Program-made: the position numbers and the translations under genes | Source: Euryarchaeota archaeon UBA202 | Lineage (GTDB): Archaea > Thermoplasmatota > E2 > UBA202 | Assembly: GCA_002502685.1 (NCBI GenBank) | Contig: DAQA01000008.1 | Span: 1,213-65,044 of the forward strand | DNA: 63,832 nt | Direction of reading: 5' to 3' | The notes under the pieces: generated by a model | Told to the model about the DNA's origin: nothing | Databases searched by the model: none | The model's input: only the letters and a program-made list of their open reading frames with translations | In this document: positions 46,097 to 56,043 of the stretch, one piece after another | How the letters are laid out: each line of letters begins with the position of its first letter | How positions within the stretch are numbered: the stretch's first letter is position 1

Positions 46097-46203
46097 TGTT
46101 ACATATCCTCTTTTTTCAATCCGTTATCATCATATAAGTATTTTCCCTTGAATTACCAATGTGTCTCTCTTTGGTCCATAACTGCACTATTAAGACCGTC
46201 CTT

Positions 46204-46428
46204 CTAGTTTTTAGTGCCTGAATAATAAAAGGCATTTTGTTTCATTTTTATCCATTTATCCCTGTGTGTGCCAATATGATTTCCACAGGTGCATTCGACT
46301 TTGTTCCCTTTGTAGATACAAAAATCCTCCATGATTCTATCTTTATAACACCGTCATATTCTCCCTTTACCTATCTTGATGTATCTAAAAAGTTTGCCTT
46401 TACATTGTGAACATCTAATTGTTAACAT
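46204..46428 (-). other. Cys-rich mini-ORF (75 codons) interrupted by one in-frame TGA at 46354-46356; either a disrupted small Zn-binding protein gene or a recoded one
   Basis: Hand translation gives MLTIRCSQCKGKLFRYIKIGKGRI-TGA-RCYKDRIMEDFCIYKGNKVECTCGNHIGTHRDKWIKMKQNAFYYSGTKN-TAG. Both halves are below the 60-aa cut-off of the ORF track. Confidence 0.3.
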
Positions 46429-46650
46429 GATATTTTTCAGGTCTCTTTTTTCAAAAGTTTTCTTTTTGGTTAATACAAGATAAGGGTCTTATTGAACATT
46501 CTATCATTTCTTTATATCACCATTAATATAGGTTGTATCTATTTTGATTAATATTCCCTAGTATAAATAAAAAAAGTTGTTGTAGTTATAGCGTGCCATT
46601 AATTTAGCGATAAAGAACTACCAGTGTCTTCCTTTGGTTTCGAGCCAGAA

Positions 46651-47847
46651 TCAAAATATAAGGGCTATAAGATATAATTCATTGCTGCTCTGTCGACCAG
46701 ATTTATCATAGAGTATGGTCCTCAATTTACAGTGACCAAGGATTGTTTCATCCCAGGCCCAGCTGTAGGGTGGTTTTTCAGTAAGACAGCTAAGTGTATT
46801 ATCTATATAAAATTCCACTCTTTCGATACCTGCCTCTTTATCTCTTGCCTCAATCTTTACCAGTACCGGGCCAATGAGTACAGTATTTTCAGGAAGAGGC
46901 CATTTAATCCTATTGAGGAGATATAAATAATTCTCCTTGGGTTGAATAATTTTAACATACGGATTGGTCTTATCAATATTTATGCTGACCAATTTTTCTC
47001 CTTCAGTGTTAAGGGCGTTGTCCATGGTATAGTATGACAAAGTATGTTTTCCCTGGAGACTAATATTAAAGGGCTTGCTGTATCTATACCAAATACTATT
47101 ATCTAGTTTATATTTTATGTGTTTTATTCCTGAGGTTTCATCTTTTGTATTTAATACAACAGTAACATTTTCGATATACCAATTATTAGCACCCTTTTCC
47201 CCGGTTATTGTCATGTAGGTGACAGGGGGCTGTGTATCAACTATTAATGTACAATTATCAGAATCATTCTCACCGTCATTGTCGGTAACTGTCAAGGAAA
47301 CGTTATAGGTTCCATCATCATAAAAGCTGTAATTGATATTTTTTCCATAATATCGCTGGTTTTCATTAATAACCCAGGTGTAATTAATGATTTCTCCATC
47401 ACTATCATATGATTGGGAAGCATTCAGGTGTAGTACATGCTGATTTACGTATCTATCATCTCCACAGTTTGCCACAGGGGGAACATTTAGGATGGTTATT
47501 GTTTTTGTTGTTGTGTTAAGTGTTCCATTATTATCAATAACTGTGAGAGAGATTTTGAATATTTCATTGTCAGAATATTTATGGTTTGGGTGTTGAAGTA
47601 TTGAACTATTTCCATCACCAAAATACCAAATCCATGCGACAATCCATCCATCAGGATCAAATGAATTATCCTGGAACTGTACTAAATCCATATCTGTTGG
47701 ATTATTAGGGATATAAGTAAAGTCAACACTAGGTGGTTGATTGGCATCTAGTCCGGTATTTGCATGTGTATGCCTGTAGATGGGTCCATTTAACCCAAAA
47801 ATAATTAAACATAGCATCATCACTACGAAATTTTTTTTCCAGGTCAT
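46651..47847 (-). CDS. Secreted protein with two PKD domains and C-terminal Ig-like domains
   Basis: It has a signal peptide and two PKD-like units (FDPDGWIVAWIWYFGDG...ISLTVIDNNG; YDSDGEIINYTW...VSLTVTDNDG). These are followed by a NNWY...SGIKHIKYKLD segment of the OmpL47/Big type. Confidence 0.65.
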   Translation of the reverse strand: MTWKKNFVVMMLCLIIFGLNGPIYRHTHANTGLDANQPPSVDFTYIPNNPTDMDLVQFQDNSFDPDGWIVAWIWYFGDGNSSILQHPNHKYSDNEIFKISLTVIDNNGTLNTTTKTITILNVPPVANCGDDRYVNQHVLHLNASQSYDSDGEIINYTWVINENQRYYGKNINYSFYDDGTYNVSLTVTDNDGENDSDNCTLIVDTQPPVTYMTITGEKGANNWYIENVTVVLNTKDETSGIKHIKYKLDNSIWYRYSKPFNISLQGKHTLSYYTMDNALNTEGEKLVSINIDKTNPYVKIIQPKENYLYLLNRIKWPLPENTVLIGPVLVKIEARDKEAGIERVEFYIDNTLSCLTEKPPYSWAWDETILGHCKLRTILYDKSGRQSSNELYLIALIF

Positions 47848-47968
47848 TGCTTAGGTCAGTATAACATCATATTTGTTTACTTAAAATTAGTGGTATGTAT
47901 TTACTATACTTTCCGTCATTGAATGCTTCAAGGTATAATCCTTTTTCAATAATTTTTTATATTATTAG

Positions 47969-48646
47969 TTGCTCTGTACCGTGTTGAAGGTTGCTGTTCT
48001 TCTTTCGGGGGGGAAAGATTCCCTATATTCATTATATATTGCTCAGCAGTATGGATGGCATATCTCTCATGTGGTCTCCATACTTTCTCCTCCTGATTCA
48101 TGGATGTTTCATGGGGTGAATAGCCATCTTATCCCTGATATTGCAAAAAATATTGGCATTCCCTTTGTGATGGCAACTACACATGGCGAAAAGGAAAAGG
48201 AACTATCTGATTTGAAACATTTACTTTCAGGTATCTCTGTTGATGGAGTAGTAAGTGGCACCATAGCAAGTGAATATCAGAGAACTCGTATTGAGGGGAT
48301 ATGTGAGGAGTTAGATATTAAATCCTTTATGCCTCTCTGGCATAAAAATCAAGAAATGCTCCTTTTGGATATGGTGCATTCAGGTTTCAGGGCTATTATT
48401 GTTGCTGTTGCTGCTGATGGTTTAGGTAAGGATTGGCTAGGGCGAGAGATTGATCATACTTGTATTAGGGAACTGGTTAGTCTTCATGAGAAATACGGTT
48501 TGAATGTTGCAGGTGAAGGTGGAGAGTTTGAAACACTGGTTATTGACTGTCCTCTTTATCATCAATCTTTAATTATTGAAGGTGGAAAAAAGATATGGAG
48601 AAGAGATAGTGGGGTGTTTCGGATACCAAAAATTTCGTTTGAGTAA
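47969..48646 (+). CDS. dph6: Diphthine--ammonia ligase-like PP-loop ATPase (MJ0570/Dph6 family)
   Basis: It has VAVLLSGGKDS (PP-loop) and EGGEFETLV near the C-terminus. The true start is probably the GTG at 47981 (MLKVAVLL). Confidence 0.7.
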   Translation: MLCTVLKVAVLLSGGKDSLYSLYIAQQYGWHISHVVSILSPPDSWMFHGVNSHLIPDIAKNIGIPFVMATTHGEKEKELSDLKHLLSGISVDGVVSGTIASEYQRTRIEGICEELDIKSFMPLWHKNQEMLLLDMVHSGFRAIIVAVAADGLGKDWLGREIDHTCIRELVSLHEKYGLNVAGEGGEFETLVIDCPLYHQSLIIEGGKKIWRRDSGVFRIPKISFE

Positions 48647-48676
48647 ACATTCATATAGTGACATCCTTATACAAAA

Positions 48677-49969
48677 ATGCACATGGTTGAGGAGAATAAT
48701 TTTGAATCAGATTTAGATGATGTCATCAATGCTCTAGATGAGGATATTGATAGATCTGAATTAAAAAAAAAATTAGAGGAATATCTTAGTTATGGTGTTC
48801 CTTTAGATCAGGCAAAAAATACTCTCATTAAGCAATATGGCGGTACTCTTATTGTGTCTCAGAAAAAAAACCTTAAAGATGTTCAGGTAAATGAACGTGG
48901 TCTCAATATTGTTTGCCGGATTATCTCAATCAATCCTAAGGAAATAGAGGTTAAGGGAGAAAAAAGGAAGATTTTTTATGGTTTTTTGGGGGATGAAACA
49001 GCGACACGGACCTTTACCTCATGGAAAGATTTTGAGATAAATAAAGGAGATGTCATACAGATTACCAATGCTTATTCTAGAGAATGGCGGAAAGAGCCCC
49101 AAATTAATTTATCAGAGTCAACCGATGTTACGCAACTTGACCCCTCTACCATAGAGTCTGTGGTGCGTTCACCGGCAACAGCGAAAATAATTGATCTTAG
49201 GGGTGGTATGGGAAATGTGGAGGTGACGGCGCGTTTACTGTCTTTGGAGGAAAAAATTGTTACCGCTCGCGGAAAAGAAAAAAAAATTTATTCGGGGATC
49301 ATGGGTGATACAACTGGGAAAATTCCCTATACCTCGTGGAAGGATTTTGGTCTTAATGAGAATGATGTAATCACGGTGACTAATGGTTATGTAAAATCTT
49401 GGCGGGGAGCTCCACAGCTTGTCTTTGATGAGAATTCACAGGTTGAAAAATTGGATTCTGATAAGCTTCCTCTTCAAGATATAGGAACATCGCTGGTTTC
49501 CATTTCTATTCTTATTGAACGAGGTGGTGGTGCTGACGTGATGGTAGAGGGAACTGTTCTAGAGGTAATAAAAGACTCTGGTTTAATTTATCGTTGTCCA
49601 GAGTGTAACAGGGTTTTAAAAAATGGGATGTGTGGTACCCATGGGGAAGTCCAGGGTATTCCTGATTTAAGAATTAAGGCTATCTTGGATGATGGCACTG
49701 GTTCCCTTAATGCCTTGTTCAATCGGGAACGTACTGAACAAATTTTGGGTATGACTTTGGATGAGTGCAAGCAAACTGCAGAAGAAGTCATGAACCCTGC
49801 ACTTATTGAACATAAAATTATTGATAACATTATCGCGCGACCTTTACAAGTGACGGGTGATGCCTTTTCTGATGAGTTTGGTCTTACTTTCTTGGTGCAC
49901 ACTGTCCATATGCTCTCATTGGACATCACGAAGCAGGCAAATGATTTATTAAAGGAGTTAGAGGAATGA
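48677..49969 (+). CDS. rpa: Replication protein A large subunit (multiple OB folds plus a Zn ribbon)
   Basis: OB-fold units are repeated (RKIFYGFLGDETATRTFTSWKDF; KKIYSGIMGDTTGKIPYTSWKDF). A CPECNRVL..GMCGTHG zinc element is present. Confidence 0.7.
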   Translation: MHMVEENNFESDLDDVINALDEDIDRSELKKKLEEYLSYGVPLDQAKNTLIKQYGGTLIVSQKKNLKDVQVNERGLNIVCRIISINPKEIEVKGEKRKIFYGFLGDETATRTFTSWKDFEINKGDVIQITNAYSREWRKEPQINLSESTDVTQLDPSTIESVVRSPATAKIIDLRGGMGNVEVTARLLSLEEKIVTARGKEKKIYSGIMGDTTGKIPYTSWKDFGLNENDVITVTNGYVKSWRGAPQLVFDENSQVEKLDSDKLPLQDIGTSLVSISILIERGGGADVMVEGTVLEVIKDSGLIYRCPECNRVLKNGMCGTHGEVQGIPDLRIKAILDDGTGSLNALFNRERTEQILGMTLDECKQTAEEVMNPALIEHKIIDNIIARPLQVTGDAFSDEFGLTFLVHTVHMLSLDITKQANDLLKELEE

Positions 49970-50793
49970 TGAGGGAGCAAGCTTGGCGTTTATTTGCGGG
50001 GGAATACAATGAGACGACCTGTAAGGTGGAAGGGGAAGGAGACAGGGATCCCTCTTATGTTGTTACTCCACTTGGGGCAAAGGTGAATCGTCTCTATGTG
50101 GTGGGTGTTCTTACCAATGTTGAAGATCTTTCAAGTGAGGGAGAGATGCTCAGGGCTCATGTGTCAGATCCTACGGGTGTGTTTGTGCTTTATGCTGGTC
50201 AATATCAACCAGAACTACTGGACTATCTTGCCCATATGGATACCCCGAGTTATGTCGCCTTGGTGGGTAAATCTCGGACATATGAACCTGAGGAGGGTAC
50301 CATCTATGTGTCGGTGAGGCCAGAATTAATTAAAGAGGTGGATGCTTCTGTGAGGAATTACTGGATTTTAGAGGCCTGTCGGCATACAAAGAAAAGAATT
50401 GAAGCTGTGGTAGAGGCAGATAACATGACTTCTCCCTCTGTTGATGAACTAAAAAGCTTAGGATATGATACTGCTTTGGCAGAGGGTATCATTGCCTCAT
50501 TGTCTCATTATGGAAAAATCGATATAGATTCCTATTATTCCCTGATTAAAGAGGCTTTGGCCAGTCTGAAAACAGGGGATATCAATACCCATTCGCATAC
50601 ACAGGAAATAGAGGAGAAGATACTGGGCCTTATTGCAAAAAATGAAGGAGACGAGGGTATTCCTTGGGAGAAACTAGTGAAAAAAGGGATAGAGGCAAAA
50701 TTTGATAAAGAGGTTATTGAAAAAACACTGGAGTCATTAATGGATAAAGGTCTTATCTATGAACCCCAGCTGGGGAGACTTAAAACTGCATAA
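49966..50793 (+). CDS. RPA32-like subunit (OB fold plus a C-terminal winged-helix-like region)
   Basis: Its ATG overlaps the rpa stop codon (ATGA). It has an N-terminal OB-like segment (VNRLYVVGVLTNV) and an acidic helical C-terminus. Confidence 0.5.
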   Translation: MMREQAWRLFAGEYNETTCKVEGEGDRDPSYVVTPLGAKVNRLYVVGVLTNVEDLSSEGEMLRAHVSDPTGVFVLYAGQYQPELLDYLAHMDTPSYVALVGKSRTYEPEEGTIYVSVRPELIKEVDASVRNYWILEACRHTKKRIEAVVEADNMTSPSVDELKSLGYDTALAEGIIASLSHYGKIDIDSYYSLIKEALASLKTGDINTHSHTQEIEEKILGLIAKNEGDEGIPWEKLVKKGIEAKFDKEVIEKTLESLMDKGLIYEPQLGRLKTA

Positions 50794-50942
50794 TATTTTT
50801 TTCCTCCCAAAAAAATTGCTTATATTTTTATTTTTTTTTTGTATACACAAACCCCTTTTAATTTCTTGACAGTAATTTGGAGGTCTATATCTTTATTCTC
50901 CCATCTCTCTCCTTCTCTTTTTTTTAGATATATATTCTCGTG

Positions 50943-53900
50943 TTATGTAAACTCCTCTAGTTTTGTGATTTTTACTTTTTCATTTATGAAAAGAGAATTT
51001 AGGGTTTTTTCCATCATTACCATCCGTTGTTTTGTATATTCTGATACTGGATAACGGGCGATGATATTATTTGCCATGTTCATATATTTTCGTACACTTC
51101 CCTCATGGACGGTTAAAGTCAGTTTACCGCCGCACATAATACATTTAGATTGTAACGGGATCCGTCGATATATTTTATTGCACCGTGGACACCTTACTGC
51201 CTGGCAGCTAAAAGCATTTAAATTACCAATGATATCAGGTAAAAAATGTGTTTTTAAAACTCTCTGGGCAACATCGGCTTCATCAACCGCTCTAATTTTT
51301 GCAGCAAGCTTCAATTGTGATTCCACTTTATCTTTCATGGTTTTAAGGGTTTTATAAGCGGATATCTTTGGTGCAAGAGCAATATCTGTGGTATCATGGG
51401 TAAAACCAAAACCTGAATACTCCTTTTTGGCAGCTATCCTCCCGGCAACCAGGTTCATGATACTTTCCATATCCTTTGGGTGCCCCTGGTTCATTGTCTC
51501 TTGATAAAACTTTAAGGGATAACGTGATAAAACATCAATATTCTGTACCTCCTTATCCACCTCAGAGGGAGATATCTGGGTTGTCAAAATAAGAGGTAAA
51601 TCCATTTCTCCTCCCTTGCTATCAGAAATATATTCATGAGAAAAGTTGAGTAGAACATCCATTAACAGCATCAAGGCATCTTCATCCCCATCACAATTCC
51701 TCCTTTTTGCAGCGTGATAAAAAGGGTGAGCCCAGCATCCATCCACGGGCGAAAAACCAATAATTCTTGCCAGTGCTCCTGCAGAGGTATGGGGAGAGAG
51801 ACCCACCGCCAAATGACCAATAAGATCAGTGGTGTCATTCACATTATAAAATTTGTCCAAACCATACACCTGTGTTAACAAGTCATCAATGAACTGTGCG
51901 GTACGGAGTAAATACTCCCCGCATTTTTTTGAGGGAATCACATCTTGACAATTCAATTCCACAATTTGATTACTGTTTTCAAGGGGTTTACCTTGCCAAT
52001 CACGAGAATAACCAAGTGACTGTAGTCGGTGGATATCCACACCAATTTCACTTGGGCGAAAATGGGTGAGGGGCAGGTTTGTCATGTCAAAACGGGTTGT
52101 TCCATCCTTAAACACCCAAATATCATGTCGTGCTCTCAATAACCCTTTTTCTAGAAATTCAGGGGTTTTGGTTTTGGATGACATGCCTCGTACCCCCTTG
52201 ATTTTATCCGGAAGACTTGGTAAATTCAGATTTTTCTGTGCCTTTTCAATCTCTTTTCCCAAGCACATCTTTTTTTTCTCGGTTTTTCCTGTAGGCTGTG
52301 TGTGTCCTCCGCATTTACATTTATTGGTATAAGCCAATTTCCCGCATTTTTCACATTTTCTTATCCCCAGCTCAATTGTGATTTTTCCTTTCTTGGTGGC
52401 ATCGCGCAGGTTTCTTTCTCTGCCGCCTGCATTTCCCACGGGGAAAAGAAGATGCGGGGAAGCCTTCATTTTTCGGGGAGCGGCTTTCTCGGGTCTTCCC
52501 ATGCGTGCTCCAATGCGTGATGGTGCCCTGGGCATTATTTTCACACCGGATAATTCGGTAATTAATTCCAATGGGCCTTTACTTGGTTTTGTTTTGTCTT
52601 GTCGTTCTGTTTTGGTAATCTGGTTGTCTTTTAGTTCATATCCGCAGCATCTTATGATGGGATAGCCATATCTGTCTACTATTAATCCATTATTTTCTAT
52701 ATGTATAGCTCCCAATTTGGTGAGTATTTTTTTGCTTTCCAGGGGTAGGACAAGATTGCCATTGTAACGAGATTTTTTGATATGAATTCCTAATTCCTCG
52801 ATTTCTGGTATAGATAAATCGTGCCAAAATAAGTTGTAATAGGGATGAAGGGGGACTCCATATTTTTCTGAGATTATGAAGGCATCCTGTGCTGAGGGTT
52901 TCTCCAGGTTTATGGTGTGTCCTAGTTCGTTGGATAGCTTTTCCTCCATTATTTTCTTTACTTTATCAATTTCCTCTGGACTAGTGTCCTTTATATGGCA
53001 TCTTAATGATTCTTCTAGATCTTGTATCCACCATTCATAACAATAGCTTGAAGGAAGCAAGATGGCGTTATTTTCAGCGAATTCTCCAAAGGGTATGAGC
53101 ATCTCGCCTAAATCAATGATTTCTTTAACCTGGTTTCGTATCTTTTTTGCTTCCTGGAGGGTATTTACTTGCACCAGGTTATTATTGTTCAGTAGGAGCA
53201 GTGGTCCTTCAATGGAATCACAGGGGGTGCCAACTGTTCCTTTCCCGGGTCCCTCCACTTTTAGTTGAGTGCCAATTGCGATAAAATTATCCAATAAATA
53301 CATGGTTGCCGGGTTAATTGCTGTTGCAGCAAGCCCTGCGGTGCGTGCTCGTCCATATCGTAGTCTAAAACCGCCTTTTCTAGAGGGATGGGAAAAAACA
53401 GGTCTTCCCGCGATGAGGTCTTGGATATATTTTATGGAGGGTTCAGCTGTGTCTTTTTTAAGGCTTAAAAAATGCTGGAGGAATTCCCATCCATGTAATT
53501 TTAGTTTAGAAACATATTTTTGCAGTTTCGGTGCTTTTAAACATAACCCTTCAGCGATTACCAGGCATGCTCCCCCCCGTATTCGATTTGTTTTTATTCG
53601 TGATAAATTTCGTTTCCCTGTTATTTCCCTGTCTTCTGTTCCCTCTCCATTTATGGAAATGGGGCAGCTTCCCACGATAAGCTCGATTTCTTGTGGAGTT
53701 GGGGAGTACTGTAAATGATGGATTTGGTTATATAGTGGCAGTTCCTCTTTATAACGCTCAATTTCGTCACGGGTGGGTTTGTATGCTTCGAGCCCTAATT
53801 CTCTTCTGACAATATCAGCGATGAGTACACTCATTGCTTGGCCTGTTCCCCCTGCAGATCGTATGGGTCCTGAAAAATAAAGATCGACATATTTTCCTCC

Positions 53901-54323
53901 CCCCTCGTTTGTTCCCAGTTCCACGGTAGAAATTCCTGCAAGGGGAGCCACGAGTACTCCCTCGGTGAGTACGGCAAGTCCTGTTCGTATTGCCTGTTCT
54001 ATTAATTGCTGAGGATTTTTAGTAATCTTTTTTCTTACAATCTCTCTTGCGATTGATATTGCCACTTCTTCCCGGCCCTTGCTTTTTGACAATTCACGCA
54101 GGCGATGGGCGATACCCGGGGGACCCACCAGTTCTTCTACTCTTTCCGCAAGATCTTTAGCTAGAGCTACTTCCACTCTTGTTACAGGATCATATCCTTT
54201 CTTCCGTGCTGTCTGGGCAATACTATAACAAGTAACTAAATTATTTTGCAAGTTGGAAAAATATGTCTGTGCATGGTGATCCATCCACGCTTGAATCATC
54301 CACCATGGTTTAAGCTTTTTCAA
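50943..54323 (-). CDS. polC: DNA polymerase II (PolD) large subunit DP2
   Basis: The 1126-aa protein has DP2 hallmarks: SAGGTGQAMSVLIAD, RPEKA.PRKM, the Cys4 clusters CEKCGK...CKCGGH and CPRCNK...CIMCGG, and NCDGDEDA. No intein is visible. Confidence 0.9.
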   Translation of the reverse strand: MKKLKPWWMIQAWMDHHAQTYFSNLQNNLVTCYSIAQTARKKGYDPVTRVEVALAKDLAERVEELVGPPGIAHRLRELSKSKGREEVAISIAREIVRKKITKNPQQLIEQAIRTGLAVLTEGVLVAPLAGISTVELGTNEGGGKYVDLYFSGPIRSAGGTGQAMSVLIADIVRRELGLEAYKPTRDEIERYKEELPLYNQIHHLQYSPTPQEIELIVGSCPISINGEGTEDREITGKRNLSRIKTNRIRGGACLVIAEGLCLKAPKLQKYVSKLKLHGWEFLQHFLSLKKDTAEPSIKYIQDLIAGRPVFSHPSRKGGFRLRYGRARTAGLAATAINPATMYLLDNFIAIGTQLKVEGPGKGTVGTPCDSIEGPLLLLNNNNLVQVNTLQEAKKIRNQVKEIIDLGEMLIPFGEFAENNAILLPSSYCYEWWIQDLEESLRCHIKDTSPEEIDKVKKIMEEKLSNELGHTINLEKPSAQDAFIISEKYGVPLHPYYNLFWHDLSIPEIEELGIHIKKSRYNGNLVLPLESKKILTKLGAIHIENNGLIVDRYGYPIIRCCGYELKDNQITKTERQDKTKPSKGPLELITELSGVKIMPRAPSRIGARMGRPEKAAPRKMKASPHLLFPVGNAGGRERNLRDATKKGKITIELGIRKCEKCGKLAYTNKCKCGGHTQPTGKTEKKKMCLGKEIEKAQKNLNLPSLPDKIKGVRGMSSKTKTPEFLEKGLLRARHDIWVFKDGTTRFDMTNLPLTHFRPSEIGVDIHRLQSLGYSRDWQGKPLENSNQIVELNCQDVIPSKKCGEYLLRTAQFIDDLLTQVYGLDKFYNVNDTTDLIGHLAVGLSPHTSAGALARIIGFSPVDGCWAHPFYHAAKRRNCDGDEDALMLLMDVLLNFSHEYISDSKGGEMDLPLILTTQISPSEVDKEVQNIDVLSRYPLKFYQETMNQGHPKDMESIMNLVAGRIAAKKEYSGFGFTHDTTDIALAPKISAYKTLKTMKDKVESQLKLAAKIRAVDEADVAQRVLKTHFLPDIIGNLNAFSCQAVRCPRCNKIYRRIPLQSKCIMCGGKLTLTVHEGSVRKYMNMANNIIARYPVSEYTKQRMVMMEKTLNSLFINEKVKITKLEEFT

Positions 54324-54401
54324 TTATTTTTTTTCAACTGCCAAAACTCTTGTCTTTGCTATACCTAAAACTTGTATGTCCACGTAAGAAGTGATTTTTT
54401 C

Positions 54402-55127
54402 TCAGGTTTTTAGTCCATACTGATAACCTTTGATAGAGAGTGTTTGGCCCATGAGGAAATGATTATCCGGGCGGAGTTTATGGGGTAATTTAATATGGAT
54501 ACCCATGAAACCCATCATTACTCCACTCTGCGGGCCACTCATCCATCCTCTATATCCCCATGTTTTTTCACCCGGCCATGAATATGTTGCTCCCAACCGA
54601 ACAGAGGTCACTCCTTTACTAGGATAATGCCAAAAAATGGATCTAAGGATAGGCCTAATCGATCCTCTGTCGCCCAATTTAAAGGGTATGTAAACCTTTC
54701 CACTCCCATAACTCATGATACTTGTTAGGATACCCCATCGTTTTTCCCGATGGAAGGACAATGATGGAAAAATATCTCTACTCTTGAATCCTTGGGGCAA
54801 TATTTTTTTCTCCTTGAGTACATTAAATATTCTCTCCCCCATAAGTCTTGACCACATTTTTTCTAAGCATCCCTTCTTTGGATTTTTGAGCACTTGATAT
54901 ATTTTTGCTAAAATAGCTAATTGTTTCTCCAGGACCGCTACCTCTTTTTCAGACAATGCCCTTTCGATAGACTTAATATCAGACCCAATAAATAAGATAG
55001 CACAATTTATTTTATCATCATCCTTGTTATCTACAGCTGTTGCTCCACCTAAAAGTGTTGACAAAAGAAAAATGCCAAGAACCAACACAGGAGCAACTTT
55101 TTTTGAGATATTCAGTACCCCGTTCAT
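54402..55127 (-). CDS. Secreted protein, function unknown
   Basis: The 241-aa ORF has an N-terminal signal or TM segment (VAPVLVLGIFLLSTLLGGATA). I recognise no family. Confidence 0.45.
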   Translation of the reverse strand: MNGVLNISKKVAPVLVLGIFLLSTLLGGATAVDNKDDDKINCAILFIGSDIKSIERALSEKEVAVLEKQLAILAKIYQVLKNPKKGCLEKMWSRLMGERIFNVLKEKKILPQGFKSRDIFPSLSFHREKRWGILTSIMSYGSGKVYIPFKLGDRGSIRPILRSIFWHYPSKGVTSVRLGATYSWPGEKTWGYRGWMSGPQSGVMMGFMGIHIKLPHKLRPDNHFLMGQTLSIKGYQYGLKT

Positions 55128-55299
55128 ATCCTATAAATCGATTAGTGGTTCTTAAAAGTATTGATGGATAATAGACACAGAATAATATCTAGCCTTAAAA
55201 TTAAGATTCATGGATAAAAAATACTTGTCATGTCCCTTTCATTTTATTTTTTTTCTCTTATGGAAACATTCAAATGGGTCTATCTGTTAAACCATAAAA

Positions 55300-56043
55300 A
55301 TGACTAAACTGCAGCATCTTTTAGAAAATATCAGGGCGGGGAACATAACCATTGAGGAAGGATTGAAAATTTTGGAGGATCTCCCCTTCCTGGATTTAGA
55401 TGATGCAAAAATTGATTTTCATCGAGAACTAAGAAAAGGATTTCCTGAATCTATTTTTGCTCCTGGTAAAACACTATCCCAAATAAGAAAAATTGTTGAG
55501 CACATGGTTGGCAAGGACATCATAGTTATCACCAAGGCTAATAGAGAAATCTATGAATCTGTCAAGGATATGGGGAAGAGCACCTTTTTTGAAAAATGTA
55601 ATCTGATACTGATTGGTGAACAAAAAAAGAAAAAGACGACGGGGTACATTCTAGTTGTTACAGCTGGAACCAGTGATGTCCCCATTGCAGAAGAAGCTGC
55701 AGTAACAGCTGAAATATTGGGGGACACAGTAAAGAGACTTTACGATGTGGGTATCGCAGGTATTCACCGTCTTTTATCACATAAGGAGTTATTGGCCCAG
55801 GCACGGATTATAATCGCTGCAGCAGGAATGGAGGGAGTATTACCAGGCATAATCACAGGGTTAGTATCAACTCCGGTTATTGCTCTTCCCACAAGTATTG
55901 GCTATGGTACTGGGATAAGGGGGCTTTCTGCAATATTAACAATGTTGAATAGTTGTGCACCCGGAATGGTAGTAGTCAATGTGGACAATGGATATGGAGC
56001 TGGCATTTTTGCCCACCAAATAAATGTTATGGGGGAAAAATGA
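55300..56043 (+). CDS. larB: LarB-type PurE-like carboxylase/hydrolase (nickel-pincer cofactor biosynthesis)
   Basis: The PurE-like core is VVTAGTSDVPIAEEAAVTAEILG...AGMEGVLPGIITGLVS.PVIALPTS.GYG. Confidence 0.7.
   Translation: MTKLQHLLENIRAGNITIEEGLKILEDLPFLDLDDAKIDFHRELRKGFPESIFAPGKTLSQIRKIVEHMVGKDIIVITKANREIYESVKDMGKSTFFEKCNLILIGEQKKKKTTGYILVVTAGTSDVPIAEEAAVTAEILGDTVKRLYDVGIAGIHRLLSHKELLAQARIIIAAAGMEGVLPGIITGLVSTPVIALPTSIGYGTGIRGLSAILTMLNSCAPGMVVVNVDNGYGAGIFAHQINVMGEK

Noticed and set aside
46097-46203. Possible SECIS element or C/D-box sRNA (an ATGATGA C-box-like heptamer) downstream of the TGA-containing mini-ORF
   Set aside because: I could draw only short AT-rich stems. There is no GC-rich helix with a GAA/A internal loop, and no CTGA D box at a suitable distance. 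The evidence is insufficient to call an RNA element.
49588-49980. 130-aa minus-strand ORF across the rpa / RPA32-like junction
   Set aside because: It is antisense to two coupled, well-supported genes.
53269-53718. 149-aa plus-strand ORF inside the PolD DP2 gene, along with similar ORFs at 52066-52665 and 51061-51357
   Set aside because: All are antisense to an unambiguous 1126-aa DP2 reading frame.
55953-56039. N-terminal extension of the larC ORF overlapping larB by about 90 nt
   Set aside because: The conserved DUF111 N-terminus (MKAIYLDIFSGISGD) starts at the ATG at 56040, which forms an ATGA overlap with the larB stop. The upstream extension is out-of-frame read-through of larB coding sequence.
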